Origin: Nitrosopumilaceae archaeon
Lineage (GTDB): Archaea; Thermoproteota; Nitrososphaeria; Nitrososphaerales; Nitrosopumilaceae
Reading direction: 5' to 3'
NCBI GenBank assembly: GCA_965207375.1
Contig: CBDBMG010000003.1
Span: forward strand, 512,001-576,000
Length of the DNA stretch: 64,000 bases
A model generated the notes under the pieces. That model was not told the origin of the DNA. It made no database searches and saw only the letters and a list, made by a program, of their open reading frames with translations. Shown here piece after piece: positions 26,375 to 39,164 of this stretch (its first letter is position 1; each line of letters opens with the position of its first letter). A program made the position numbers and the translations under genes.

Positions 26375-29283
26375 TTAATACCCACTTGGTTCACCATGTA
26401 CCTCCACTACTCTTGGAATGACCTTATGCAAATGATTGATGTATTTTCTACACACAGCTGGTGTCAATGTTTGCCAAAAGTTTAAAATTCCTTCTTTTAG
26501 CTGCTCAAGATTCCTTGGCTTATGTGTGGTGCGCAAGTATTGCTTCAAGGAACCCCATAGATTTTCTATGCGGTTCAAATCAGGGCTTTCAGGGGGAGTC
26601 GGCCACCAATTAATGCCGTGCTCTACAAGGTAATTTTCTATGTAATTACTCCGGTGCTTTGGATCATTATCCATTTGGAATCTATGTCCAGATTCATCAG
26701 AAAAACGGTCAGCTATGAATGGAACTAGAGATGCATCCAAAATATCTGCATAGCGAACTGCGTCCATGATACCTGTAAACATTACAACAGGGGCTGCACC
26801 CCGTGGTGATATAGCACCCCAAATGTGTAACTTGAGGGGATGCTTTGGCCGTGGTTTCAGTTTCCTTGGCTGTTTTCGTTTCCTGAAGCACAAACGACCA
26901 TGGTGTTCGAGTTGAATGGTACATTCATCAGAAAAGACAACGTTTGAAAACTTCTCATTAACCCGAAGCTGTTCCCTGCACCACACCAGCCTTTTGGTCT
27001 TGTTCAAATTTCTAATTAGCTGGCAATAGTGTGGTCTGGTATTTACCCACCCTAGTTAGGGTCCGCAATGTGAAAAATCGACCTTCAAGGATTAACTAGC
27101 AAACATCCTCCCAATGTTAGGCTAGGTGCCAAATAGAAAAAGCCAGATTGGCGCCAATTTCTATTAACTTCTTGTAGTGGAAACTTGCCGAAATATCTGC
27201 AAATCGAGTGATAAAATGTAGCGAATTTTCCAAAACCGTTGCAATTGTCGCGATACTTGCTCTCAACCTTCATTAGTAAGTTTACCCTGCTCTCAAGCCA
27301 TTTGTGGTGGCATTGTGATGGTTAATTTCCAGCGATCGCACAATCCCGACGAAAAATTGCAATCTTTTTTTACATTTTCACTTCTGGATCACAAAGTATT
27401 GAAGACAACAAAACCTTACTAGCTCAAACATGATTGGTAACAGTTAAACTTTTACGACAGGCAATATTATTAAATTTGAAGATTGTTTGCCATCTGGGCA
27501 AACGCGATTCTACCAAAAATTCCACCAAAATCACTGATATCCAGCTTCTTAATCTCGATACAGCGGATCACTACCAATAAATGGGCCAAACAGCTCCACG
27601 AAATATAGTCACATGCATAGTTTATACGCCATATCCATCCATTGTCCTTCCAAGCAGGATTATATACGCGTGTGCGTAGCTACGTAATGTATAGCGCATC
27701 CCAAAATCAATTTAAAACAAATGCTATTTTAAGGAATGTCAGCGGATGTATACACTATACTTGAAGTGTTTTAGTCTTTACAATCAAAGCTTAAAGCGAT
27801 TTGCAATGTAGATTAGCGCTGTTCACAGTAGTCTGATAGGTCAAAATTATTTTAGCTACTCAGTACAATCAAAACATTGCACATACATAGAGACTAACCA
27901 TATTGATGAGACTTTTACTCGGACTTTTATAAGGACATAAAGTAATAACAATTATCATAAATAGATGTTACAAAAGTGAATAATAATACAAAACCACAAT
28001 CGAAATTTTCTGACGTTTACTAAACTTTGATTGTGATATTCATTTTATAGTAGTTAGCATAATCGTCTAAAACAGTTAAATATGTTGTTATATCAATAAA
28101 AGGGGATCATGTGTAAGTATAGTGTTATTATTTGTACTGATTTGGATAGTTTGAACTTTGAATCAGCACTAATTTTAAACTGATTTGGATTTCAGGACGT
28201 TTTAAATTTTGGTAAGCACCGAAACACTTATAGTACAGTGTATATATCCGCTTACAAGCCTTAAAATAGCAACTACTTTGTGTTTTTAACAAATTGATTT
28301 TGGATGCGCTACGCATATCGTACGCACTCGCGTAAACCTACTTGGAAGGACAGTGGGCGGATATGGTGTATAAACTATGCATGTAGCAATATTTTGTGGA
28401 GCTGTTTGACCCTTTTATTGGTAATGATCCACTGTATCGAGATTAAGGAGCTGGATAAGAGTGATTTTGGTGGAATTTTTAGTAGAATCGCGTTTGCCCA
28501 GATGGCAAACAATCTTCAAATTTAATAATATTGCCTGTCGTAAAAGTTTAACTGTTACCAATCATGTTTGAGCTAGTAAGGTTTTGTTGTCTTCAATACT
28601 TTGTGATCTAGAGGTGAAAATGTAAAAAAAGATTGCAATTTTTCGTCGGGATTGTGCGATCGCTGGAAATTAACCATCACAATGCCACCACAAATGGCTT
28701 GAGAGCAGGGTAAACTTACTAATGAAGGTTGAGAGCAAGTATCGCGACAATTGCAACGGTTTTGGAAAATTCGCTACGTTTTATCACTCGATTTGCAGAT
28801 ATTTCGGCAAGTTTCCACTACAAGAAGTTAATAGAAATTGGCGCCAATCTGGCTTTTTCTATTTGGCACCTAGCCTAACATTGGGAGGATGTTTGCTAGT
28901 TAATCCTTGAAGGTCGATTTTTCACATTGCGGACCCTACCCTAGTGCTTGGCGTTGGCGTTTAACAGTGGAAATAGTTACCTCCAGTTCTGGATACTTTT
29001 CAATCAACATCGCTTTCAAATGCCTTGCAGTAGCCTCATCATTCTCTTCTAATTCATTGTTAATCATTGTCAACATTTCTTGAGTGAGCTTCTTATCGCG
29101 TGCCCTTCGCGGTAAGTCAGTGTACACTCCCTTCTCTTTGAATTTCTTTAACAGACGATACAGGCTTCTCTTTGTAACTGTAACGTCTTCATCCTTCAGT
29201 TGCTGCTGTATAGCTGCCACGGTATACCCAGCATTAAACATGCTGACAGCGCTTCGTCTTGCACTCAAAGCTAGCCTTGTCAT
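26375..29283 (-). pseudogene. Tc1/IS630-family DD34E transposase (339 aa when repaired), split by a foldback insertion
   Basis: N-terminal HTH-like part at 28939-29283. C-terminal part has FSDE, FQMDNDPKH and SPDLNRIE (34 residues between the second D and E). Removing 27057-28938 plus one TSD restores ...RQALGWVNTRPHYCQLIRNLNKTKR in frame. Confidence 0.92.
27057..28938. mobile_element. 1.88-kb foldback element with ~720-bp inverted arms
   Basis: TAGGGTCCGCAATGTGAA...TTCACATTGCGGACCCTA; duplicated CCCTAGT flanks; no transposase ORF. Confidence 0.92.
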
Positions 29284-29786
29284 TGTTGCTCGGATTTACG
29301 CTAGAGTTCACTCGAGAGATCACTCGAGAGTTCTAGTTAAATTAGGGGGTGCGTAGCTATATATACGTAGTAGTCTGGCTTGTTAGATCAATTTTCCTTT
29401 ACATTGGGTCGACTTTGCCCGACCCGCCATAAAAAATGTAACAGAAAAACGGACCAGCAATGCCTCTCTAGTACGTACTTTTAGCTAGCTTGATCCTTAC
29501 TGATTCTACGTTAACACTTAAAAATCTCTTACTTTGCTACCTCCGTGGTACAACGGTGCTTAGCTCAGCTTAGCTAGACCTCTTTTCTTCCACAGCGCTT
29601 ATGAATTAGAAATTAAGTACGTATACCATAAGCGCCTGCTGCGAGTGTTTCCTTCGAGCATATTTCAAGGGTGCATCCTTCGAGCATATTTCTAGATGAT
29701 AAATGCTCGAGGTTCTAGTTCATAACGGATTGGACTCCCGAGCACACCACTCGAGAGTGCGACGTTGCGTTAAATCTGTACCGTAC

Positions 29787-32700
29787 CAGAAAATAACAAT
29801 GTTTCTTCACTATCAATAATACTCTTTGTATAGTTAAAAGTTGATTCATCTGTCACACCATGAGAGAATGGTAACACTACTCTCATCATCCTCAAGTCCC
29901 ACTGTAATAGCTACAATTATTATCAAAGTGTAATATCTGGCTATCAATAATATACCGTATTGCATAAAACTTTGACAGTGGAAAACTTTGACGAATTTAA
30001 CGAAAGGATAGCAATTCATCAAACTTTTTCCTACCAACCTTCTTTTAATGCATCTCCTTTGAAATCCACAATCAGTTCGTCAAAGTTTTGCTCGTCAAAT
30101 TTCAGTTGTCAAAGTTTTTCCCTATCAAGCTTTTGTGCCATACAGTAATATACGTATCTCATTCAAGATGCCCAAGGTGTAAAAAGCTGTGTCCAAGAAA
30201 AAGGCTTGGATGTAAAGGTTGTGAAATCAAAATGGGTGGATGAAGAAGGCCGTGTAGACTAATGTTAATACTGATAGAAATTAAATTTTAATAATCACAA
30301 TTCAGACTGAAAAACATTAAGTTATCAATTTGTGAAAATTATTACCAAGGGCCTTGGCTGCCCATTTTGATTTTACTACTTTTCATCCAATAATCACAAC
30401 CTTTGGTGTTTTAGTTAAATTGGTTGAGATTTCATGTCTTTTAAAACAGTGATTTTAATGTATAAACTACGTAGCTAAAAGTAATCGCACACAAATAAAC
30501 CTAAACATAGAAGAACTGTTGATATGATTATCCACAACTTTAGTATGTACCATACAATTTATAATATACAACTCACTTTTCCATTGGCTGAAGTAGATAT
30601 CAAATAGTTCTCATCACGTAACATCTTGAGGCAAGTGACAGAGTTACCAATCCTACCATAAATTTGAAGCTTAATAACAGGTGTACTGTCACTATCAATG
30701 TTCCTAATGTCCCATAGCAAAATCTCTCCACTTCTGGTCCCACAGGTAATGTAAGGTGTCTACAAGTGATAGCTATATGTGCATACATATTCGTACTGTA
30801 TCATATACGTCAAAACAGTCGAGGGGAAAACTTTCACGGTTAGAGCAAAAATGAAAATTCGACGGGAAAACTTTCGCGGTAGAAGCTTCTTGTAATAATG
30901 AATGCCTAGTCTAGTGAAGTATTCGACGGGAAAACTTTCGCAATTGAGCAAAAACCACGAAAGTTTTCCCCTTGACTGTTTTGACGTATACGGTATATGT
31001 ATGTACATACGATGAGAAAAATTATGTATATTCCTACTAAAAACCATATGAATTAAGATAAAATTTGTGTTGATCTATCCTGATACCACACAATCTTTAT
31101 GTTTAATATACATAGCTATAGCTATATGTACAATAGTCTATCAGGGAGCTTCTATATGTGTGGTATAGCTATTAGAGATTTAGACAGAAGATAACAGGTT
31201 ATATAGTTCATACCATTGTTCCTAGTTGAGTAGACAGTACATGACTATTAGTGTATATGTGTTCTAAATATTGATCCACTTAAACATATACCTTTGTGAC
31301 CACCTACGTAGATAGGAGTGGTGCAGCAGTGTAATAATAAATACAATACTTTTAGCTACATAACTACAAGATTTCATTTATGATTATCATTAGTTTCTTG
31401 TGCCTGACTCTTAAAAATAGAGTCTGGGGAAACTGTAAAGAGTTGGGATGGTGTAATACATTAATTAATGACATTATTTGATATCAATAACACTCCAAAT
31501 GACAGAATGTATCATGAGTAAATTCAAATAGTTGCCTTAATTCTTTGTGGAGCGCCTTAATTCTTTGTGGAGCGCCATTACCAAGCTCAAAACCGTGAAG
31601 AAAAGTTTTTACTAAGGGGCTGAATTATTGAAAATTAAAACATCGTATTCCATGCAGAGACAAATTCGTTTATAGATTTAGCTACGTAGATGTTTTGCAG
31701 TTTCAATTTACATTCATTTCTTTATTGAAGCCTATAAAAGGGAGCCAAGTAATGAATGCCTGATCACGTCAAAACAAAACAAGGGATTTGATCGGCGACA
31801 CCAACATTCCAGTGGCACCAATTTTTTCTACACAGTTTTCCCAAACTCTTTTTTAAGAGAGACTAGAGTATTATATAATTATATGTAACATAGCTATAGC
31901 TAGCTATTTAAAAATAGCTCCTCTCAGTAACAACATTATTAATTTTATATACAGAGCACATATTTAATTTCTTTAGCAGCCCAAAATAGCAATTTTAGGG
32001 AAGGTAAGTAGTGGCCATTAAAATAAGAACTGACCTAAAGCTATTAAATTCCTATCAGAGTTCCAGGAGAAGGCAAAACAGTTACTCTGCCTGAAGTATG
32101 CTTTAACAATGTTGTCACCACCACCATCTCCGGTAATCCAACTGGAGATGTTTCCATCATCATCATCTCCAGTAACCCAACTGGTAGGTGTATTGATAAC
32201 CTTCACACCTCCTCCTTGTGATTCAAAGTTTGAATAACTGGACAAATACAATATTTAGTTAAAGATAAAATAGCTAGCTATATGCTTCCCACCAGTGGAC
32301 CAACTTTTCTGCAAATTTCTGCTAGTAGAGCTGTAGCTACTATAGCTACGTAGTATAGCTACTTCTATATTTTTGATAAAACTGGAACTGTTCTTTTAGT
32401 GTATGTCACTGAGAGATAATGTGTAATTATTAAAGAATACAGTGGAACCTGTTAATCAGGACACTTGAAAATGTGGACACCTGCATAATCTGAACACCTA
32501 GCTGTGGTCCCAAATGGTGCTTTATCATATAAACTGACCTTGAAAATCAGGACACCTTTGGTTGGTCCCAAGGCGTCCATAATACACAGGTTCCACTGTA
32601 TGATGTAATGATTATAGAATTACTTTACATCAATCTCTAATAGGACAGTCATTTAGTAACCAAAAGATAAGCTAAAAATTCTTCTCCTCCAAGCGATACA

Positions 32701-35700
32701 AATTGAATGTCAGTTACCACCTTGCATAATAGAAAACAGTTAAAAATCATATACAAGTTTGTAGCTACATGACTACAAAAGTATTTAATGTGACCTATAA
32801 TAATCTATTATACGTACGTAGCTAACTAACTATATAGCCAGTGCTCAGCGGTAGCCACATCACTAGAGACACAAGACTAGCAAAGATGGAGGGGAAGGTA
32901 GAGTGGTGGGGTGGAGGATTACATAATATAATAGGTTGTGGCCTCAGTAGACATACGTATTTATTGTTTGTAAGTGTATATCTTCTTATTAACAACCCTT
33001 AAGAGTCCCACAGGTTGCATATGCATTTTTACAATCATAAGCCAGATTTGAGCAGTGACCATCTACTGCTGTTTCATGATCTATATAAGGAAAGTGCAAT
33101 ATAAAGTGATTTTTGTGCTAAAGCTGATTTTTATTCCATGTCACAAAATTAGCTACGTACTAAAAACCAGTAGCTAAATACACAAGTGTAAAGCGCTATG
33201 TGTTTGCACACTCCATGCATACCTACATTTGGGGCATACATTGAAGGTCCTCTAAAATGCACAGTCAATGGTTTATCAGATATATGGTCTCCACAAATTG
33301 TTACAGCACTTGAGGAAATTGATTGTACTGTAAAATAGCACACAGAAAGAGTTTGATTACATTAGTAGCTATGTATGACTCACTGATCATTTTAACCATG
33401 AGTAGCCAACAGTGTACCTGCTGGATTGATCTGTAAAAAAGAATAAATTTGATTTTTAGTTCTGAATGAGATAAATAAGTAAGTTAGAAACCTGTGTTTA
33501 CTGAAGGTAATTGATCAAAGAAAATGAAAGATTTGTGCACATCACATGCTGATAACTTCTCAACAATGCAAGCCTATATCAAGACTCAAGATAGTGAGTC
33601 GCGAGGCCAAGAAGAAGCAGCCGTACGCGACGAATGAGTAAGTTATTTACACGTAGCACCGCTCTGAAATTTGAAAACGCTGTAACTAAGCCACCACGAC
33701 AACTATCGCCTAGTTATTCAGGACTCAGAATGTTCTAACCATATAGAATTAGTAACCCGACAATGGAGGAAATCGGCGCCACCAATCCTAAGTACCAGCC
33801 ATTGCGAGTTTTATGGCACCCGTTCGTGCCCCCACGCTCGAAAAACCATCCCCTTGGCACCTACTTACTCGTTTACTAAACAAATAGTACCTTCAATGTA
33901 TGAAGAATCATTGACCTGAATTCGTTTGATATCCATGACACGAGTTTTCCGTACGCGCCTTATAAACTCCTTTTTGTAATCAAAAATATTTTAGGCGCCC
34001 GTCGTTTTTTTTTCTTTCTTCTTCTTTCTTTCATTTTCATCGCACACTTTTTGTGCGCTTGCGCGTGAATTCCGGAATTTCTATTTGAAACACTCACACT
34101 TATTTGTCTAATAACTCACTCATTTCTGCATGGATTTCAACCAAATTTGTATCAACACTTCTCCTATGTATGCTCTACCAGACAAGCAACTTTCAGCATA
34201 AAGCAAATACCTCAATGTATTTGAGAGATACTTTTACACTGCATGTTGATAGTTTCCATAACTTGGACCCCCTCTAAATCATTTGAATAAAATTTCAGGT
34301 ACACAAACTATAATGATATATGAATCTTCAGGATAAGTTTAAAGAAATTGTGACACTTCAGTTTGTCAAAATTAGCCTTTAATGATCATTTATGCTTATG
34401 TGCCATGCAATATAATTATACCAAACAACACGAGGTGAACAGTGGCCACACATTATAAATAGGAGACCACTGTCCTGTTGGCATGCACAAAATTTATCTA
34501 TAGCATTATAATATATCTTCTCCTGTAGATCAATCAACAGTACAGGACATGATGGCAATGATGTAGCCTTCATTGAGGTTCTCAACTGTTCTCCACCTAT
34601 ATACATAGCTAACAATTATAGTAATACATACTTTATATGTTCATTAGCTACTTGGGGGAAATACAAGCCGGGGAAACACCTAAAGTATTAACTTCCAGCT
34701 CCTCTCCCCTTTAAAATTTTATTACTCTGCATACTTCATATAAGATTTCTTGTCAGGACTTGTTTATAATTGTGATCTATATACAAAAAGCAGTGATATG
34801 CTAAACAAAAACAGCCTGGCTGTAAAAAAAGTGCGAGGCCAATCAGAAGCCACAATGGCTATAAGCGACCAAAATCTCTGATATCAAGTAAGGCCAAGAA
34901 GTTGAACATTTTATTAAGAATCCTTTTACTTGAATGACATACAATAGTTTACAGGGCATTTTCACAACTATGATTGGCTTTGTCACTTGGCCACCTTTTT
35001 GTACTATCATCTTTTATAAGGTGGTCAAGTGACAAAGCCAATCATAGTTGTGAAAATGCCCTGTAAACTATTGTATGTCATTCAAGTAAAAGGATTCTTA
35101 ATAAAATGTTCAACTTCTTGGCCTTACTTGATATCAGAGATTTTGGTCGCTTATAGCCATTGTGGCTTCTGATTGGCCTCGCACTTTTTTTACAGCCAGG
35201 CTGTTTTTGTTTAGCATAATTATATACATAGTACATAGCTACTAAGTAAAGTTAATACAGCTAAGTGAAAGATTTTATAGAAATTTTAAACAATCTTTCA
35301 CTGTTGCGTTTGTTTGGTAAAGTGACCCCTCTGCTGGTTTTGTGGACTAATCGTCCAGTTATTGTAGACTACTCTCAAGCCAACTTGCATATCATTTCTT
35401 TAGTGTGTATCTTTTTGTGATTTGGGCGAGCTATTTATTCATTTGTCTTTTAACTTTCTGGTGCTGCCATGGGTTAATCACTAATTCACCAACCATACAC
35501 TTACTTGAGCGACCCACTGCAATAATTTTGCCCAAACTTTTGTCATGAAGGCTAAATTATGTTTACTAACTTAATAAAACCATCACAGAAAGAGTGTAGG
35601 TTTTATGCAATTTGTAGAACCTTGGGGCAATTTGGTCTTGCCTACCTACGTACATATTGCCTGCAGCCTCAGTAATTAATCGTGTGGGTACACTCATCCA

Positions 35701-37150
35701 AATAGGCCATGTGTCTCTAAATTGCATAGAAACTTTGCTTCCGTGTGTAACTTCAGTGAAAACACCTTTGATGATAAAACTGATAAAATATTACTATAGA
35801 AATAAACAGCAAACTGATGTAGCTAATATTATCATTCAAAAATCATTCCTTGTGAGGTTTCATGCATGGCAACAAGCTATTTCTAAACATTGACTCATCA
35901 ACTTACTGCTATAGCTTTTGATCGTCCATAAAAGCAGAGGATTATTGGAGACTTTGAGTCCAGTAATCTTGGAATACTAGAATAAACTAACCTAGCAATA
36001 AAGGACCAATGAATCAATACTTTGCTCTATAAACTGTGTATGTATTAGGGTTGAAACGAGGTCAAAAATGTTGATTCTAATAACCCGCTGACCCATTGGC
36101 TTAGACCTGGTGAGCCGGATTATATTTACAATACAAATTAGGAGAAAGTCAATATTCTCTAATATAACAGTCAGTAGTATTACAGATGATTGCTATATTA
36201 GACAGTATTATAACCCCTGGTCAATTCAGATTTTTTGAGCTTCACCTAGTGATCCGCATGACTTGCCAAAAAAGTAACCCATCTGACCTGGATGTACAGA
36301 TTGACCTGTTCAACTCTGGTGTGTGTATGTGTGTGCGTGCGTGTGCGTGTGTGCGCATTTCTGTATGTGTACGTGTGTGTGTCCAGGAACAAAACAGAGT
36401 GTCATTAAATATTTGAAGGCATGGCTGTACCCTCCAAGACATTATACAGTTTATTTCAGGACCATTATTACTGACTAATGTATCAACTGCATGTGCTTAC
36501 CTTTTACACTGTGTCAATCCAAAATGTTGATACTCCCTAAGTATCAGTAACTTAGTCATGTCAACACCACCATCATTACAGGCTGGTTGCCGTAGCTTCT
36601 CCAACAATGGACAATGTGACATTTCAATAGTCACTGCTAAATTTGAACTATCCACTGGCTGCTGTGTTTTCTTCTTCCCCTTGTTGTTTGATTTGACCTT
36701 AAGTTGATGTTTAGCCTTGTTGGTTAGTGAAACACCAGATGGTGACTGAGCTGGATTGCTTGTGATACGATAGTAGCGATTCTTTTCCTGGTCATACCAA
36801 AAACCAGGTATTTCTATAAAAGGTAATAACACAATATATCCTGCCGTACGACCTCTAAACATAAATATGAATTGATTTGTTTAAATATTGACATCATCAT
36901 ATACTGTAATAGAGGGCACACCAAGTTAGTCCCAAATACTCTAATAGAAGATACACCACGATACGGGGTATGTATACACACTGTACACATAATTCAACAC
37001 AATTTGTAGATAGAAAGTTAAACCAAGCTGAAGAGTGTGCGAGTGTACATCTAAACAAGTTATATTACAACACAAGCTATAGCAAGAGCTCTAGAGGGCG
37101 GTAACTTACAGCACGTGAGCATGGCTACATGCTCAGTTTATCTCACCCAT
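29787..37150 (-). CDS. DCAF4: DCAF4/WDR21-like WD40 protein, spliced, 3' end missing from window, probably decaying
   Basis: ATG-G at 37147-37150 spliced to EIPGFWYDQEKNRYYRI (36501-36813, DCAF4 N-terminal motif). Further exons: AFSWNSDRNLIALG (~32036-32238), YTNSHVLSTQ (~31214-31300), TCGTRSGEILLWDIR..VTCLKMLRDENYLISTSANGK (~30577-30768), LLQWDLRMMRVV..DSEETLLFSG (29787-29910). Confidence 0.75.
32440..32598. mobile_element. Tc1/mariner-type MITE
   Basis: TA-CAGTGGAACCTGT...ACAGGTTCCACTG-TA. Confidence 0.8.
33577..35217 (+). mobile_element. HINE-like element, family B, with 420-bp terminal palindrome (34798-35217)
   Basis: 5' hairpin ACTCAAGATAGTGAGT with subTIR GCGAGGCCAA; 3' subTIR TTGGCCTCGC; second copy at 55959-63523. 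Confidence 0.65.
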
Positions 37151-37243
37151 TATTGATGCCAGCAGATATTACAAGAGTCCTTTTATTCAGTCTCCTCAGC
37201 CCTTATACGAGTGTCCTTCCTTCCATGTATCTCTCCGTATATA

Positions 37244-38078
37244 ATTGGGGCGAGCCTTAGCGAGCCCCACCATGTGAGATCAACAGTGAAATCTGTCTTC
37301 TTGCTTGCTTGCTTGCTTGCTTGCTTGAAGCCTTACCATATATGGCTAAAAGCTTGTTTAAATGTAAACCAACACTACATCAAGTACATTGAGTGCTAAT
37401 TACCATTACATCAAACACGTGAAGTGCTAACCATAGCATGCGCCATTAAGTGCTAACCATATATAGCATGGGTTATACCATTCAAGTGCTAACCATAACT
37501 TATTCACCACAATGTATGAATAGAACTTTCTAATCAAGGAAATGGAAAGCTTAGCAGGTCAAGTTTGTATTTGTATGAAACAATAGTGAAGCTGATCATT
37601 TGATTTTAGGCCTGTTAGGATTGTAATATAGCACTGCAATGGGTAGACAGATACATTTAAAATGACTATATTATTCAGTTATAAGAAACAAATCTTCCTC
37701 TACACTTTGTTGAAAGCCTCACTATTTTACTCTGGTAGCTACCACCATGTGCTTATTGTTTATTGCAGTTTGTTATAATGTTATAAAAAAGTAACTATTT
37801 AAGTGACATACTATTATTTCAGTGTACAGAGCTACTTGGCTTGTCACACACATGTACCACTGTAATTGCTCTACTGTTTAGCTATATCCCAGCTTTCATG
37901 ACATACCAGTACAAGTTTCTAAGATATCATTGACTAGCCGTACTGTTGCTCGTACACTGAGAATGTACAATGTAGCTATTGTGCTTATTATTGCATGTAA
38001 GGTCATCAGTGGTAAGTGTATACATACCATCTATCATAGCACCAGGCTCGCCCCACAATGCCATGCATTTCACCTAGT
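37244..38078 (+). mobile_element. HINE-like element, family C
   Basis: 5' GGGGCGAGCC subTIR with hairpin, (CTTG)n microsatellite, 3' GGCTCGCCCC subTIR, CTAGT end, no TSD. Confidence 0.7.
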
Positions 38079-38350
38079 TACGGCCGACTTCCATAAAGGA
38101 AAATGTGCCTGTGGTGATGTTTCTCCTAGAACAAGATTTTTACGCATCCTATACATCTACGCAGAACAAAGGAACATCATCGGTCGTGCCACCACAGTAA
38201 ATCAAAGCCATGTTTAATAACGTCTCGCGCAAAGTTACGTTATTTTTATGAATAATTGCATTCCATTTGCACAGGTGCCGTATACTAGAGTCACCAGACC
38301 CTTATTCTATTACAAGGGTCTGGCCACGCGAGACTAAGTACCAAGAGTTA

Positions 38351-39103
38351 ATTGGGGCGAGCCTTAGCGAGCCCCACCATATGAGATCAACAGTGAAATC
38401 TGTCTTCTTGCTTGCTTGCTTGCTTGCATGCTTGAAGCCTTCCATATATGGCTAAAAACTTGTTCAAGTGCAAACAAACACTACATCAAGTACATGGAGT
38501 GCTAGCCACATTACATCAAACACGTGGAGTGCTAACCATAGCATGCGCCATTAAATGTTAACCACAGCATGGGTATATACCATTCAAGTGCTAACCATAA
38601 CTTATTAACCACAATGTATGAATAAAACTTTCTAATCAAGGTAATAGAAAGTTTGTATTTGTATGAAACAATAGTGAAGCTGATCATTTGATTTTAGGCC
38701 TGTTTAGATTGTAATATAGCGCTGCAATGGTTAGACAGATACATTGAAAAACATTGGCTATCTACACAATATAGATGACTATTAGATGTTATTCAGTTAC
38801 AAGAAAAAAATCTTCCTCTACACTTTGTTGAATGGACCTGAGATCCTCACTATTTAACTTTTACAGAACTGGTACCACCACGTACTTATTGCTTATTGCA
38901 GCTTTCATGACATATCGGTACAAGTTTCTAAGATACCATTGACCTGTTCATGTAGCCGCACTGTTGCTTGTATACACTGAGAACATACGATGTATTGTGC
39001 TTATCAGTAATTATTATTGCATGTAAGGTCATCAGTGGTAAGTGTATACATCCATCTATCATAGCACCAGGCTCGCCCCACAATGCTATGCATTTCACCT
39101 AGT
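38351..39103 (+). mobile_element. HINE-like element, family C (second copy)
   Basis: Similar along its length to 37244-38078, with the same ends. Confidence 0.7.
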
Positions 39104-39164
39104 TAGGATACTACCGAGTTACAAAATCCTTGCAGCACGCTATGCGTGGCGTTATTTAGAAGCA

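Noticed and set aside
27085-28910. Two identical 62-aa ORFs on opposite strands
   Set aside because: A consequence of the inverted arms of the foldback element; no recognisable protein motif.
34798-35217. Penelope-type inverted pseudo-LTR explanation for the palindromes
   Set aside because: I saw no Penelope RT or GIY-YIG remnant and no recognisable hammerhead core, and the subTIR/hairpin layout fits HINE-like elements better. It cannot be excluded without a covariance-model search.
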